DNA of 64,000 nt from Anaerolineae bacterium (GTDB lineage Bacteria; Chloroflexota; Anaerolineae; CAZYHC01). The notes below the pieces were generated by a model that was not told where the DNA came from, made no database searches, and worked only from the letters and a program-made list of their open reading frames with translations. The translations under genes and the position numbers were made by a program. This document shows, in pieces, positions 27,441 to 36,630 of this stretch (the first letter of the stretch is position 1; every line of letters begins with the position of its first letter). The stretch spans positions 22,379 to 86,378 of the forward strand of contig DAOULT010000061.1 in NCBI GenBank assembly GCA_034417895.1. The letters run 5' to 3'.

Positions 27441-27473
27441 TGCGCTCTACAATTCTCTATGAGGAGGGTTATA

Positions 27474-28046
27474 ATGAGTAAATGTACCGAAATCCGCTGG
27501 CATGGGCGGGGCGGACAAGGGGTGGTCACCGCCGGAAAACTTTTGGCCGATACCGCGCTGGGGACCGGCCAGTATTTCCAGGCTTTTCCTGACTACGGGC
27601 CGGAACGGATGGGCGCGCCTATTCGGGCCTACACCCGTCTCAGCCCGGAACCTATTGACCTGCATTGCCAGATCGAGGACCCGGATATTGTCCTGGTCCT
27701 GGACCCCACCCTGCTGGGCACAGTCCACGTGGCCGAAGGCCTCAAGGAGGATGGCATTTTGCTGGTCAACACCAACCAAACCCCGGCCCAAGTACGCGAG
27801 ACTCTGGGTTTCACTACTGGCCGGGTTTGCACCGTGAACGCCAGCCAGATCGCCATCGATATTCTGGGGCGGGAGATCACCAACACCCCCATGCTGGGCG
27901 CCTTCGCCAAGGTCACGGGCCTGTTCAGTCTCGATGAAATCATCGAGCAGACCCGCCACCGCTTTGGCAAGAAGTTGCGGGCCGAAATCGTCGAAGCTAA
28001 CGTGGAGGCCATCAAGCGGGCGGCCAACGAGGTGCAGACAGAATGA
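27474..28046 (+). CDS. porG: 2-oxoacid:ferredoxin oxidoreductase gamma subunit
   Basis: GAGGAGGG precedes the ATG at 27474. MSKCTEIRWHGRGGQGVVTAGKLLA is characteristic of the POR/KOR gamma subunit. The substrate is not determinable from the sequence. Confidence 0.85.
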   Translation: MSKCTEIRWHGRGGQGVVTAGKLLADTALGTGQYFQAFPDYGPERMGAPIRAYTRLSPEPIDLHCQIEDPDIVLVLDPTLLGTVHVAEGLKEDGILLVNTNQTPAQVRETLGFTTGRVCTVNASQIAIDILGREITNTPMLGAFAKVTGLFSLDEIIEQTRHRFGKKLRAEIVEANVEAIKRAANEVQTE

Positions 28047-28094
28047 CACCAGGTCAGGACTCAAAAAAATCCAAAATTTCAAGGAGGTAAAGTC

Positions 28095-28394
28095 GTGAGC
28101 GACCTTAAAGGGTGGAAAGACATCCCTATCGGGGGGGTAGTCCTGGAGGCCGGCAGCACTGTCGAGTACAAAACCGGCACCTGGCGAGCCTTCCGGCCTA
28201 TCAGGGATGTGGAAAAATGCACCAATTGTTTGCTCTGCTGGGTTTATTGCCCGGATTCGAGCATTCTGGTTGAAGATGAAAAGATGACTGGCTTCGACCT
28301 GGATCACTGCAAGGGGTGCGGCGTCTGCGCCAGTGTATGCCCGGTTAGTTGCATTGAGATGGTCGAAGAATGGAAATTTCAGGAAGAGAAATAA
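28095..28394 (+). CDS. porD: 2-oxoacid:ferredoxin oxidoreductase delta subunit (2x[4Fe-4S] ferredoxin)
   Basis: AAGGAGG is followed by a GTG start. It has two CxxCxxCxxxCP motifs (CTNCLLCWVYCP and CKGCGVCASVCP). Confidence 0.85.
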   Translation: MSDLKGWKDIPIGGVVLEAGSTVEYKTGTWRAFRPIRDVEKCTNCLLCWVYCPDSSILVEDEKMTGFDLDHCKGCGVCASVCPVSCIEMVEEWKFQEEK

Positions 28395-28433
28395 GGGCTT
28401 CTGATCCCCTACTTTGAGGAGGAACACATAATT

Positions 28434-29624
28434 ATGAGCGAATTCATGGCTTTGGACGGCAACTCGGCTGTGGCCGAGGCCATGCGCCAGATCAATCCTG
28501 ATGTGGTGGCCGCCTATCCCATTACTCCGCAGACTTCTACGGTACAGACCTTTTCCCAGTTTGTAGCCGATGGGAAGGTGGACACCGAGTTCGTCACCGT
28601 AGAGAGCGAGCACAGCGCCATGAGCGCCTGTGTGGGGGCCTCGGCCGCCGGGGCGCGGGTGATGACCGCTACGGCGGCCAACGGGTTGGCCCTGATGTGG
28701 GAGATCGTCTACATCGCTTCCTCCACCCGCCTGCCCATCGTCATGCTGGTGGTCAACCGCGCCCTGTCGGGTCCCATCAACATTCACTGCGACCATTCCG
28801 ACAGTATGGGAGCACGAGATGCGGGCTGGATTCAGATCTTCTCCGAGAACCCCCAGGAATCCTACGACAACATCATCCAGGCGATCCGCATCGCCGAACA
28901 TCCCGACGTCCTTTTGCCGGTGATGGTCATGCACGATGGGTTCATCACCAGCCACGGCCTGGAGCGGGTGGAAATCTATGATGACGATAAGGTCAAAAAA
29001 TTTATAGGCACCTACACCCCCCAACTGCCCACCATGCTGGACATCGATCATCCCGCCACTTACGGCCCCTTCGACTTCTACGACTACTACTTCGAGCACA
29101 AGCGTCAGCAGGTGGAGGGTATGTCCCACGCCAAAGACGTTATCCTTCAGGTGGGCCAGGAGTTTGGTGAGCAGTTTGGCCGTCAGTACGGCCTGTTCGA
29201 GACCTACCAGTTGGACGACGCCGAGGTGGCCGTGGTGGTTCTGTCTTCTGCGGCGGGCACCACCAGGTCGGTGGTCGATAACCTGCGGGCGCAGGGACTC
29301 AAGGTCGGGATGCTGAAACCACGCGTTTTCCGTCCTTTCCTGGCCCAGGAATTGGTCGATGCCCTGCGACACGTCAAGGTCGTGGGCGTGATGGACCGCT
29401 CCATCTCTTTCGGAGCGATGCACGATAGCGGGCCACTGTTCCTGGAACTGTGCGCCGCCCTCAAGATATACGATAGCCAGACGCCGATAGTCGATTACAT
29501 TTTCGGCCTGGGGGGGCGGGACATCGTTCCTTCCCAGATCGAAAGCGTCTTCCGTGACCTGCTGAAAATCGCCGACACGGGGGAAGTGGAGAATCTGGTC
29601 ACTTATCTGGGTGTTCGAGAATAA
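28434..29624 (+). CDS. porA: 2-oxoacid:ferredoxin oxidoreductase alpha subunit
   Basis: The assignment rests on operon context and sequence character. The gene follows porD, and GAGGAGG lies upstream. Confidence 0.85.
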   Translation: MSEFMALDGNSAVAEAMRQINPDVVAAYPITPQTSTVQTFSQFVADGKVDTEFVTVESEHSAMSACVGASAAGARVMTATAANGLALMWEIVYIASSTRLPIVMLVVNRALSGPINIHCDHSDSMGARDAGWIQIFSENPQESYDNIIQAIRIAEHPDVLLPVMVMHDGFITSHGLERVEIYDDDKVKKFIGTYTPQLPTMLDIDHPATYGPFDFYDYYFEHKRQQVEGMSHAKDVILQVGQEFGEQFGRQYGLFETYQLDDAEVAVVVLSSAAGTTRSVVDNLRAQGLKVGMLKPRVFRPFLAQELVDALRHVKVVGVMDRSISFGAMHDSGPLFLELCAALKIYDSQTPIVDYIFGLGGRDIVPSQIESVFRDLLKIADTGEVENLVTYLGVRE

Positions 29625-29642
29625 AGATGAGGAGTATATACA

Positions 29643-30578
29643 ATGGCCACTAAACTCAATTTGAAAGAGTTATCCAAAAAAGAGGATCGGCTGGCTCCAG
29701 GACACCGTCTGTGTGCCGGGTGCGGCGCTCCTATTATCATGCGCCAGATTCTATTGGCTATCGACGAGCCGGTGGTGCTCACCAACGCCACCGGCTGTCT
29801 GGAGGTGAGCAGCACCTATTATCCTTCCACGGCCTGGCGTGTGCCCTGGATGCACAATGCCTTTGAGAACTCAGCGGCCACCGCCAGCGGCATCGAGGCG
29901 GCCTATCGTTCGCTGGTCAGGCAGGGCAAAATCGAGGACCGGGACGTCAAGTTCATCGCCATCGGGGGCGATGGCGGCACCTATGACATCGGCCTCCAGT
30001 CCCTTTCCGGGATGCTGGAGCGCGGCCACAGGGTGATGTACGTCTGTTACGACAACCAGGCCTACATGAATACCGGCATCCAACGGTCGGGAGCAACCCC
30101 CTATGGAGCGCACACCACCACCTCCCCGGCCGGTTCGGTCGTCCCCGGCAAGAGACAGTTTCACAAGGACCTGACGGCCATCGCCGTGGCCCACAACGTC
30201 CCCTACGTGGCCCAGGCTTCGCCCCATCGCTGGAAAGACCTGATGCAAAAAGCTCGCAAAGGGGTGGCCGCCGATGGTCCGGCTTTCCTGAACGTGATTG
30301 CCTCCTGCAACCGGGGCTGGCGACACGACACCGGCGAGACCATCGAGCTAAGCAAGCTGGCAGTGGACACCTGTTTCTGGCCCCTGTTCGAGGTGGAGAA
30401 CGGGGAGTGGAAGCTGAACTACAAGCCCAAGAAAAAGTTGCCCATCGCCAGTTGGCTCGAACGTCAGGGACGATTCCGACACCTCTTCCGCCCCGAAAAC
30501 GAGCACATCATCGGCGAACTCCAGGCCGAGGTGGACCGCCGCTGGGAGCGACTGTTACGCCTGTGCGGCGAGGCTTAA
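29643..30578 (+). CDS. porB: 2-oxoacid:ferredoxin oxidoreductase beta subunit (TPP-binding)
   Basis: It has a Cys cluster (CAGCGAPII) and a TPP-binding region (GGDGGTYDIG). Confidence 0.85.
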   Translation: MATKLNLKELSKKEDRLAPGHRLCAGCGAPIIMRQILLAIDEPVVLTNATGCLEVSSTYYPSTAWRVPWMHNAFENSAATASGIEAAYRSLVRQGKIEDRDVKFIAIGGDGGTYDIGLQSLSGMLERGHRVMYVCYDNQAYMNTGIQRSGATPYGAHTTTSPAGSVVPGKRQFHKDLTAIAVAHNVPYVAQASPHRWKDLMQKARKGVAADGPAFLNVIASCNRGWRHDTGETIELSKLAVDTCFWPLFEVENGEWKLNYKPKKKLPIASWLERQGRFRHLFRPENEHIIGELQAEVDRRWERLLRLCGEA

Positions 30579-30604
30579 ATCACACACCTGGGCATTCAAA
30601 ATTT

Positions 30605-30670
30605 AGCCACAGAGAGCACAGAGTGCGCAGAGGTTTCTCTGAGTTCTCCGTGTCCTCTGTGGCTTTTTAA
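30605..30670 (+). terminator. Intrinsic terminator of the por operon (nested hairpins plus T5)
   Basis: An outer stem AGCCACAGAG ... CTCTGTGGCT is followed by TTTTT. An inner stem is CAGAG-gtttc-TCTG. Confidence 0.5.
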
Positions 30671-30700
30671 TCGTAACAGTATTTTTCAATTCCCTTAGAG

Positions 30701-30729
30701 TTGACCTATGAGATGTTTTGTTTTATAAT
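30701..30729 (+). promoter_or_regulatory. Promoter TTGACC-17-TATAAT for the DUF433/DUF5615 pair
   Basis: TTGACCtatgagatgttttgtttTATAAT. Confidence 0.45.
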
Positions 30730-30777
30730 TATTTGCAGGGAACAAGGGATATTATAGCACCGTAGGAGGTGTTCATA

Positions 30778-31002
30778 ATGACTTTTCAACGCATTACCGT
30801 AAACCCTGAAATTTGCAGCGGTAAACCTTGTATTCGAGGTTTACGCTTCCCTGTTTCGCGCCTGCTTGGCCTGCTGGCTGCTGGTGAAACTCCAGAGTCA
30901 ATCTTAACATCATATCCCTACCTGGAGCCGGAAGATATTCAAGAAGCGCTGCATTACGCTGCTTTTTTAGCTGATGAGCAAGTCGTAGAGTTTGCTCAAT
31001 GA
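30778..31002 (+). CDS. DUF433-family small protein (putative antitoxin-like partner)
   Basis: GGAGGTG precedes the ATG at 30778. Its length and sequence character (MTFQRITVNPEICSGKPCIRGLRFPVSRLLGLLAAGETPESIL) match DUF433 members. A 4-nt ATGA overlap joins it to the next gene. Confidence 0.7.
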   Translation: MTFQRITVNPEICSGKPCIRGLRFPVSRLLGLLAAGETPESILTSYPYLEPEDIQEALHYAAFLADEQVVEFAQ

Positions 31003-31373
31003 AAGCTCTCCTCGATATGCCAGTTTCCTCCCTGCTACTTGACGTGCTCCACGCCCACGGACATGAGGGTGTCCATGCTCATCAAATCGGCAAAGACCGG
31101 GCCTCAGATAGCGAGCTATTGGAGATAGCTCGTCGTGAAGACCGCGTGGTTATCACAGCAGATTTGGATTTCCCCCGGCTGTTAGTGCTCAGTTCGGCGG
31201 AGGGGCCAGGCGTAATTTTATTTCGAGGCGGCAATTACTCCGATAGTGAGATGTGCCATTTGCTGGAACGAGTGTTAAAAGAAGCGCCACCAGAAATTCT
31301 GAAAAGTTCCATTTGCGTTGTGGACAAAAAACGCATCCGCCTCACTCAACTACCGCTAAATCGCAGACCTTAA
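30999..31373 (+). CDS. DUF5615-family protein (PIN-like/Mut7-C-like putative RNase), paired with DUF433
   Basis: The start codon overlaps the preceding gene. Acidic residues in ITADLDFPRLLVLSSAEGPGVILFRGGNY are consistent with a PIN-like fold. Confidence 0.65.
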   Translation: MKALLDMPVSSLLLDVLHAHGHEGVHAHQIGKDRASDSELLEIARREDRVVITADLDFPRLLVLSSAEGPGVILFRGGNYSDSEMCHLLERVLKEAPPEILKSSICVVDKKRIRLTQLPLNRRP

Positions 31374-31417
31374 AGGGCAGCGGTTTAAGAGTTCCTATGC
31401 GCAGCGCATACCAGCGG

Positions 31418-31735
31418 CTAGCCTCTCAGCCCTTCCCTGACCTTTTGTAGAGTGGCGTCCCAAAGATAGCCCGTAAAAATAGCGGTGGGCCAATCCTTGA
31501 TGGCGCCGCCGGTATATTTGACGTAAAGCCAGGTCAGGAAGCCCACTATCACAGAAGCCAGAGCCACACTGACGTAAGGTCTGGCAAGCTCCCACAATAT
31601 TTGCCCCCAGCTCTTTTCTGCGGCGATGCTGATCTCCTCTGGACTTTTGGGCCTCAATATGCTCACGGCAATGGGCACCAGCGCGCTCAAAAGGACGCCA
31701 ACTATTATACCGATCAACGACTCCCAATCCGACAT
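31418..31735 (-). CDS. Small hypothetical membrane protein (2 transmembrane helices)
   Basis: The only support is the ORF and two hydrophobic helices. Confidence 0.4.
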   Translation of the reverse strand: MSDWESLIGIIVGVLLSALVPIAVSILRPKSPEEISIAAEKSWGQILWELARPYVSVALASVIVGFLTWLYVKYTGGAIKDWPTAIFTGYLWDATLQKVREGLRG

Positions 31736-31847
31736 GATAGATCCCCTCCTTTGATCTTGCTATTTGCTGATAGGTTCATTATATTGGAGCTTTAGATTTT
31801 TGTCAAAGGGAACTAAAATGGTGCGTCCTTGACGCTCACCACCGTTT

Positions 31848-31970
31848 GTGGTATCATTTCATTGTTCTCTCTATCATCGGTTGGCCGAACGAGCCAGACA
31901 AGAAACCCTCAGTCTCAACCAGTTCGTGGCTACCGCTCTGGCCCAGATCGCAAACCGAGAGTAAGATAAG
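31848..31970 (+). pseudogene. Short remnant resembling the C-terminal ribbon-helix-helix part of a HicB-family antitoxin
   Basis: Hand translation gives ...HRLAERARQETLSLNQFVATALAQIANRE*. Only about 40 codons are open, with a GTG at 31848 as a possible start. It lies immediately upstream of a DUF2283 gene. Confidence 0.3.
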
Positions 31971-31981
31971 GATGAAGGCCC

Positions 31982-32206
31982 ATGATCTTTCAATATCATC
32001 CAGACACGGATATGCTTTACATCAAACTTGCTGATGGGGCAAGTATGGAATCTGAAGAAGTTGCGCCTGGCATCGTGCTCGACTTTAACGAGCATAACCA
32101 GGTTATCGGGATAGAGATTGAGGACGCCAGTATGTTCATTGATCTATCACGAGTGGAAGTGCTAGCCTTACCTGTTGCTCACTTGAGCTTCAGTGAGAAA
32201 GGGTAA
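31982..32206 (+). CDS. DUF2283-family small protein (copy 1)
   Basis: MIFQYHPDTDMLYIKLADG ... VIGIEIEDAS fits the DUF2283 pattern. Confidence 0.65.
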   Translation: MIFQYHPDTDMLYIKLADGASMESEEVAPGIVLDFNEHNQVIGIEIEDASMFIDLSRVEVLALPVAHLSFSEKG

Positions 32207-32211
32207 TAACA

Positions 32212-35061
32212 TTACTCACCTATCCATATCTCTCCCAACACCACCCTGTCCCCCATAGCCTCTCCCCCGGCCTCGAAGGCCGGGAGGCGCGCCCCGCTGG
32301 CCTCCTCGTACATCCCAATCTCGACCACGTACCGGCCCGGCGGCGCATCGGCCCGCACCGGGAGACGGTAGGTGTCGCTCAGATATTCTCCCGGCTGCCA
32401 GCCGCTGGTAGGCGGGTCGGGGAACTTATCCTGCTGGCCCCAAATGTGGCCCGCCTGGTCTACCAGGTGGGTGAAGACCTTGTAACTTTTATCCATAGAA
32501 TGCAAAGCCTGCCAGTAAAGGGTCAGGGAGAGCGTCTGGCCGGGCGAGAGATGATCGGCGCTTAAGTCGTAGCCCACCAGCCCCACCCCCTGGCCCAGAC
32601 GCGCTTCCAGGGGATGCTGGATGTTCTGGGGCCGCTCGAAGAGAGCCGGACGGCCCTGAACGGCCACCGTCGCCAGGGTGAAATAATCCTCCCCGCAGAA
32701 AAACCATAGTCCCGATCTTCGCCTCAGCCGCGAGCGGTCGGCGGCGCGGTATAAGCCCACGACGAGACGATATCGCCCGGCCGGCGCGCCAGCCGGAAGC
32801 AGCAGGTCGTGAGGGTCGCGCACGATCTCTTCTCGCCTCCAGCCAGAGGTCGGGTAGCGGCCTGCTACTGGCCCAGACTCCTCCGCCGCCTGCCAGACTC
32901 CCTCGTCGTCCAGCAGCTCTATAAAAACGACGTAGTCTGCCAGATTGTCGGCCAGCGCTCGCCAGAAAAGATCGACGGTCAACTGACCGCCTGGCTCGAC
33001 GGTCAGGGCCGACAGGTCGTAGCCCATAAGCTCCACCTGGTGGGCGAAGTTGGCCCTGGCCGCATAGGTCATGGCTGGCGCTCCCCTGGCAGTCGGGGGG
33101 CAGCTGATTTCTACAGAACCTATCCCGATCCAGGGACCCTGGTCGCGCGCCTCCAACGCCTTCCCCGTGTGCGGATCGTACATCCCCACTTTCAACTCGT
33201 ACCGGCCAGGCGGCGTACCGGGGGGCACGGTCAGACGCAAGGGATGGCGGACGACCTGCCCCACGGCCCAACGCGCAGGGCCGTAGAGCGGGCCTGAAGG
33301 CACCTCGTCCACCTGGGCCCACAGACGACCCTGCGGCCCGAAAAGGCCACAAACGACGTGATAATCCCGCTTTGGGGCCAGCCGAGGCTCCCAATACAGG
33401 GCCAGGTCGAGGGCCTCGCCTGCCGCCACAGAGTTTAGCGCTGCTTCGTAGCCTGCCAGGGTCAGCTCGTCGTCCAGGCTGAGGTCGAGGGTGTGGGTGG
33501 GGGACGATTGGCGATTGGTGAGATAGCCCTGCGCCCTGACGTTGCTCTCCCCGCTGAAAACCCGATCGTCGAATTTCAGGCCGTGCTCGTCGAGCCAGGC
33601 GCGGACGAAGCCGTCCACATCGACTACGGTGTCGTAAGCGCGCAGCACCCACAGGCGAGGGTGGGCGGCAAAGACTCGCTCCAGGGCGTGGGCCGTCTCC
33701 TGTTCGCTGGTAGCGTAGAAATCCGAAGCCGCATCGCCCCACCCCAGGCCGGGGTCGCCGCCAATGGAGCCTGTTTGCAAGACCACCAGGCCCTCTCTGT
33801 CCGTCGCCACGTAATCCACCAGCCGCCCCCGCCAGGCGATGTCGTCATCTCCCCGGTAATAATAGAGAAAAGTGGGGTAAACGTACCCGGCGTTGACGAG
33901 CACGGCGTCGCCAAGCCGGTAGCCCTGGACGATGTGGCTCACTGCGGCGCGGTAATCGTCGCTGGCGTATTGGCTATCGAAGTGAAAGCGGTAGAAAGAA
34001 TAGCCCAAAGCAGCCACCACGATGGCCGCCCCCAGGAGGGCTATGGGCCGGGAGCGTCCGGCCAGCCAGGCCAGTCCCGCCGCCAACAGTACGTAGAAGG
34101 CCGGCGAGTAAGTGAAAACGTAGCGGATGTGGAAAAGCGGCGTCCAGAAGGAAGCCAGATAAATGAGGGCCAGCGGCCCAAAAGTGTGGCCCAAAAGCAG
34201 CAGGCCAGAGCCCGGTGAGCGGCGAAGGAAACCCAGAATGTAAATGGCCGCTATAATTAGCAATACCGGCCAGACCGCCCCCGGCGACACAGATTGCCCC
34301 AGAGCCAGAGCTGACCACGACTCGACGACCACCGTCCAGACAGAGGTGAAGGCCCGCCAGGGAGGGACGGGCGGATCAAGGGCCTGGCGCAAAGCGATGG
34401 GCAGCCAGGGCAGGTAGAGTACCACGACGGCCAGTTGGGCCAGGCTCCATTTCCGAATCCACTTCCAGGGCCGCCGCCGAGCGACGATCCAGCAGCCCAC
34501 GTAGAGATTGATGAAAATGAGCAGAAAGGCGAAATAATAAAGGACGTAGAGACCCAGCACGGCGCTCAAAACGTATCCGAGCCAGGGGCCTAAGCTCGTA
34601 CCATGCCGCAGTTGGAGCAGATAGTGGAGGGTCAGCAGGCCCAGGCAGGCCCCCAGGGTATACATCCGTATCTCCTGGGAGTACCATACATTGTAGGGGG
34701 AGAGAGCTACCGCCCCGGCGGCCAGCAACCCCACCACAGGATCGTAGAGACGCCGCCCCAGGCGATAAACCAGAGGGACAAGCAACACCCCAAAAATGAG
34801 GGACAGGAAGGCCGCCGCGAACTCGCTGGAGCCTGCCGCTCTGATCCAGAAATGCAGCAGGTAATAGTAGAGAGGAGGATGGATGTCGCCGGCCGTGTGA
34901 GCGGTCAGGGCTGGCAGACTCCTGGCTGCCAGGTGGAGACTGACCGCTTCGTCGTACCAGATGCTCTGATAGCCGAGCCTGTAGAGGCGCAAGGCGCAGC
35001 CCCCCAGAATGATGCCGAGCAATATTGCCCGCCGCCTCCCACCGAGATGGTTTTTGTCCAC
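32212..35061 (-). CDS. Polytopic membrane protein with an N-terminal GT-C fold (glycosyltransferase family 39 / ArnT-PMT-like) and three C-terminal LYW repeats
   Basis: It has the N-terminal WYDEAVS motif followed by more than 10 transmembrane helices. Three repeats of about 120 aa contain GYDL...L.LYW.AL ... PTSGW ... APGRY..VG.Y. Confidence 0.8.
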   Translation of the reverse strand: MDKNHLGGRRRAILLGIILGGCALRLYRLGYQSIWYDEAVSLHLAARSLPALTAHTAGDIHPPLYYYLLHFWIRAAGSSEFAAAFLSLIFGVLLVPLVYRLGRRLYDPVVGLLAAGAVALSPYNVWYSQEIRMYTLGACLGLLTLHYLLQLRHGTSLGPWLGYVLSAVLGLYVLYYFAFLLIFINLYVGCWIVARRRPWKWIRKWSLAQLAVVVLYLPWLPIALRQALDPPVPPWRAFTSVWTVVVESWSALALGQSVSPGAVWPVLLIIAAIYILGFLRRSPGSGLLLLGHTFGPLALIYLASFWTPLFHIRYVFTYSPAFYVLLAAGLAWLAGRSRPIALLGAAIVVAALGYSFYRFHFDSQYASDDYRAAVSHIVQGYRLGDAVLVNAGYVYPTFLYYYRGDDDIAWRGRLVDYVATDREGLVVLQTGSIGGDPGLGWGDAASDFYATSEQETAHALERVFAAHPRLWVLRAYDTVVDVDGFVRAWLDEHGLKFDDRVFSGESNVRAQGYLTNRQSSPTHTLDLSLDDELTLAGYEAALNSVAAGEALDLALYWEPRLAPKRDYHVVCGLFGPQGRLWAQVDEVPSGPLYGPARWAVGQVVRHPLRLTVPPGTPPGRYELKVGMYDPHTGKALEARDQGPWIGIGSVEISCPPTARGAPAMTYAARANFAHQVELMGYDLSALTVEPGGQLTVDLFWRALADNLADYVVFIELLDDEGVWQAAEESGPVAGRYPTSGWRREEIVRDPHDLLLPAGAPAGRYRLVVGLYRAADRSRLRRRSGLWFFCGEDYFTLATVAVQGRPALFERPQNIQHPLEARLGQGVGLVGYDLSADHLSPGQTLSLTLYWQALHSMDKSYKVFTHLVDQAGHIWGQQDKFPDPPTSGWQPGEYLSDTYRLPVRADAPPGRYVVEIGMYEEASGARLPAFEAGGEAMGDRVVLGEIWIGE

Positions 35062-35125
35062 CGCTCTTTTATCCTTCCAGACTGCTGGTGTTTTATCTTA
35101 GCACACTCCGTGCATTCCGGCAACC

Positions 35126-35153
35126 TTGACAACGCCCTCCAAAATGCTATAAT
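35126..35153 (+). promoter_or_regulatory. Promoter TTGACA-16-TATAAT upstream of dtd
   Basis: TTGACAacgccctccaaaatgcTATAAT. Confidence 0.4.
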
Positions 35154-35244
35154 GACACGACACAATTTGAAGACAAAGTGATCCAGGAGACCTTACGAGA
35201 CCATTTTGACCTGACAGAGAATGGTGATTAAGGAGGAGTAGACC

Positions 35245-35694
35245 ATGCGCGCCGTGATTCAGCGTGTCCGCAGGGCGAGCGTGGCCGTCGAGGGCGAGGT
35301 GGTGGGCGCTATCGGGCCGGGCCTGGTCATCCTGCTCGGCGTGGGCCAGGCTGATACCAGGGCCGAAGCCGACAAACTGGCCCACAAGATAGCTCACCTG
35401 CGCATCTTCGCCGACGCACAGGGTAAGACCAACCTTTCAGCCCTGGATGTAGAGGCCGAGGCCCTGGTCATTTCCCAGTTCACGCTGTACGCCAACTGCC
35501 GCAAGGGGCGCCGACCGAGCTTCACCGAGGCCGCTCCGCCTGAGCTGGCCGAACCGCTGGTGGAGCATTTTGTGATCAGGCTCCAGGAAGAGGGCATTAA
35601 GCGGATGGAGACGGGCGTTTTCGGGGCCTTGATGCTGGTGGAAATTCACAACGACGGGCCAGTGACTATCATCCTGGATACAGACAGCCTGTGA
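35245..35694 (+). CDS. dtd: D-aminoacyl-tRNA deacylase
   Basis: [33 protein letters not shown] ... SQFTLYAN ... GRRPSF. Confidence 0.9.
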   Translation: MRAVIQRVRRASVAVEGEVVGAIGPGLVILLGVGQADTRAEADKLAHKIAHLRIFADAQGKTNLSALDVEAEALVISQFTLYANCRKGRRPSFTEAAPPELAEPLVEHFVIRLQEEGIKRMETGVFGALMLVEIHNDGPVTIILDTDSL

Positions 35695-35709
35695 GTTTGG
35701 AGGTATTAC

Positions 35710-36630
35710 ATGAAGACTCGTCCCTATCCCGGTGAGAGGGCTTTTGCGGGAGTGATCCCGGCTCTTTTGACTCCGCTCCTGGAGGGCGGACAGGGCGTGG
35801 ACGAAAAAGCTCTGGAGCAGGTGTGCGCCTTCCTGATAGAACGAGGAGCGCATGGACTTATGCCCTGCGGCACGACCGGCGAAGGGCCACTTTTGAGCCT
35901 GGAGGAACGGAAACGGGTGACTGAAGTGGTGTTAGAGGTCGCCAGGGGGCGGGCGTTTGTGATCGCCCACGTAGGAGCGGCCACCACTCAGGAGACCGTA
36001 GAGTTAGCCCGACACGCCCACGACAGAGGAGCAGATGCCTGTTCTATCGTCACCCCTTATTATTATCGCCTGGAAGAAGAGGCCCTGATCGCTCACTTCT
36101 CCAGGGTGGCCGACAGCCTGCCAGATTTCCCCATCTTTCTATACAACATCCCTCAAAACACCGGCAACAACCTCTCGCCCCAGGCGGTACGGACTCTGGC
36201 CGAAAGGTGCGCCAACGTGGTCGGCATTAAGGATAGCAGCGGGGACATGGGCCAACTCCTCAGCTACCTGGAGGTGCGGGGCGGGGCGTTCAACGTGATC
36301 GTAGGGAGCGACGGCTTGATCTTCCCGGCCCTGAGCATGGGAGTCCGCGCCTCGGTCTCAGGCAACGCCAACGTCTTCCCAGAGGTGTTTGTGGCCCTGT
36401 TCGCAGCCTTCCAGAAAGGCGATTATGCCGCCTGCCAAACCCTTCAGAAAAAGATCAACGCCATAGCCAGACTGATGGGCTATGGCCGAGACCTGTCCCT
36501 TTTCAAAAAGATGCTGGAGCGGCGAGGGGTTCGGGGCGGAGATGTGCGAGCGCCTTTGCCGCAAGCGACTCCAGACCAGGTGGAAGCCTGCGCCAGAGCC
36601 TTGCGCCAGTTGGGTATTGACTTGGCGTAG
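35710..36630 (+). CDS. Dihydrodipicolinate synthase / N-acetylneuraminate lyase family (DapA-family) class I aldolase
   Basis: GVIPALLTPLLEGGQGVDEKALEQVCAFLIERGAHGLMPCGTTGEG. The exact substrate is not determinable. Confidence 0.8.
   Translation: MKTRPYPGERAFAGVIPALLTPLLEGGQGVDEKALEQVCAFLIERGAHGLMPCGTTGEGPLLSLEERKRVTEVVLEVARGRAFVIAHVGAATTQETVELARHAHDRGADACSIVTPYYYRLEEEALIAHFSRVADSLPDFPIFLYNIPQNTGNNLSPQAVRTLAERCANVVGIKDSSGDMGQLLSYLEVRGGAFNVIVGSDGLIFPALSMGVRASVSGNANVFPEVFVALFAAFQKGDYAACQTLQKKINAIARLMGYGRDLSLFKKMLERRGVRGGDVRAPLPQATPDQVEACARALRQLGIDLA

Noticed and set aside
32489-33742. 417-aa ORF in an alternative frame inside the GT39-like gene
   Set aside because: It is an Arg/Pro/Gly-rich out-of-frame translation of the same strand. 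It is not a credible protein.
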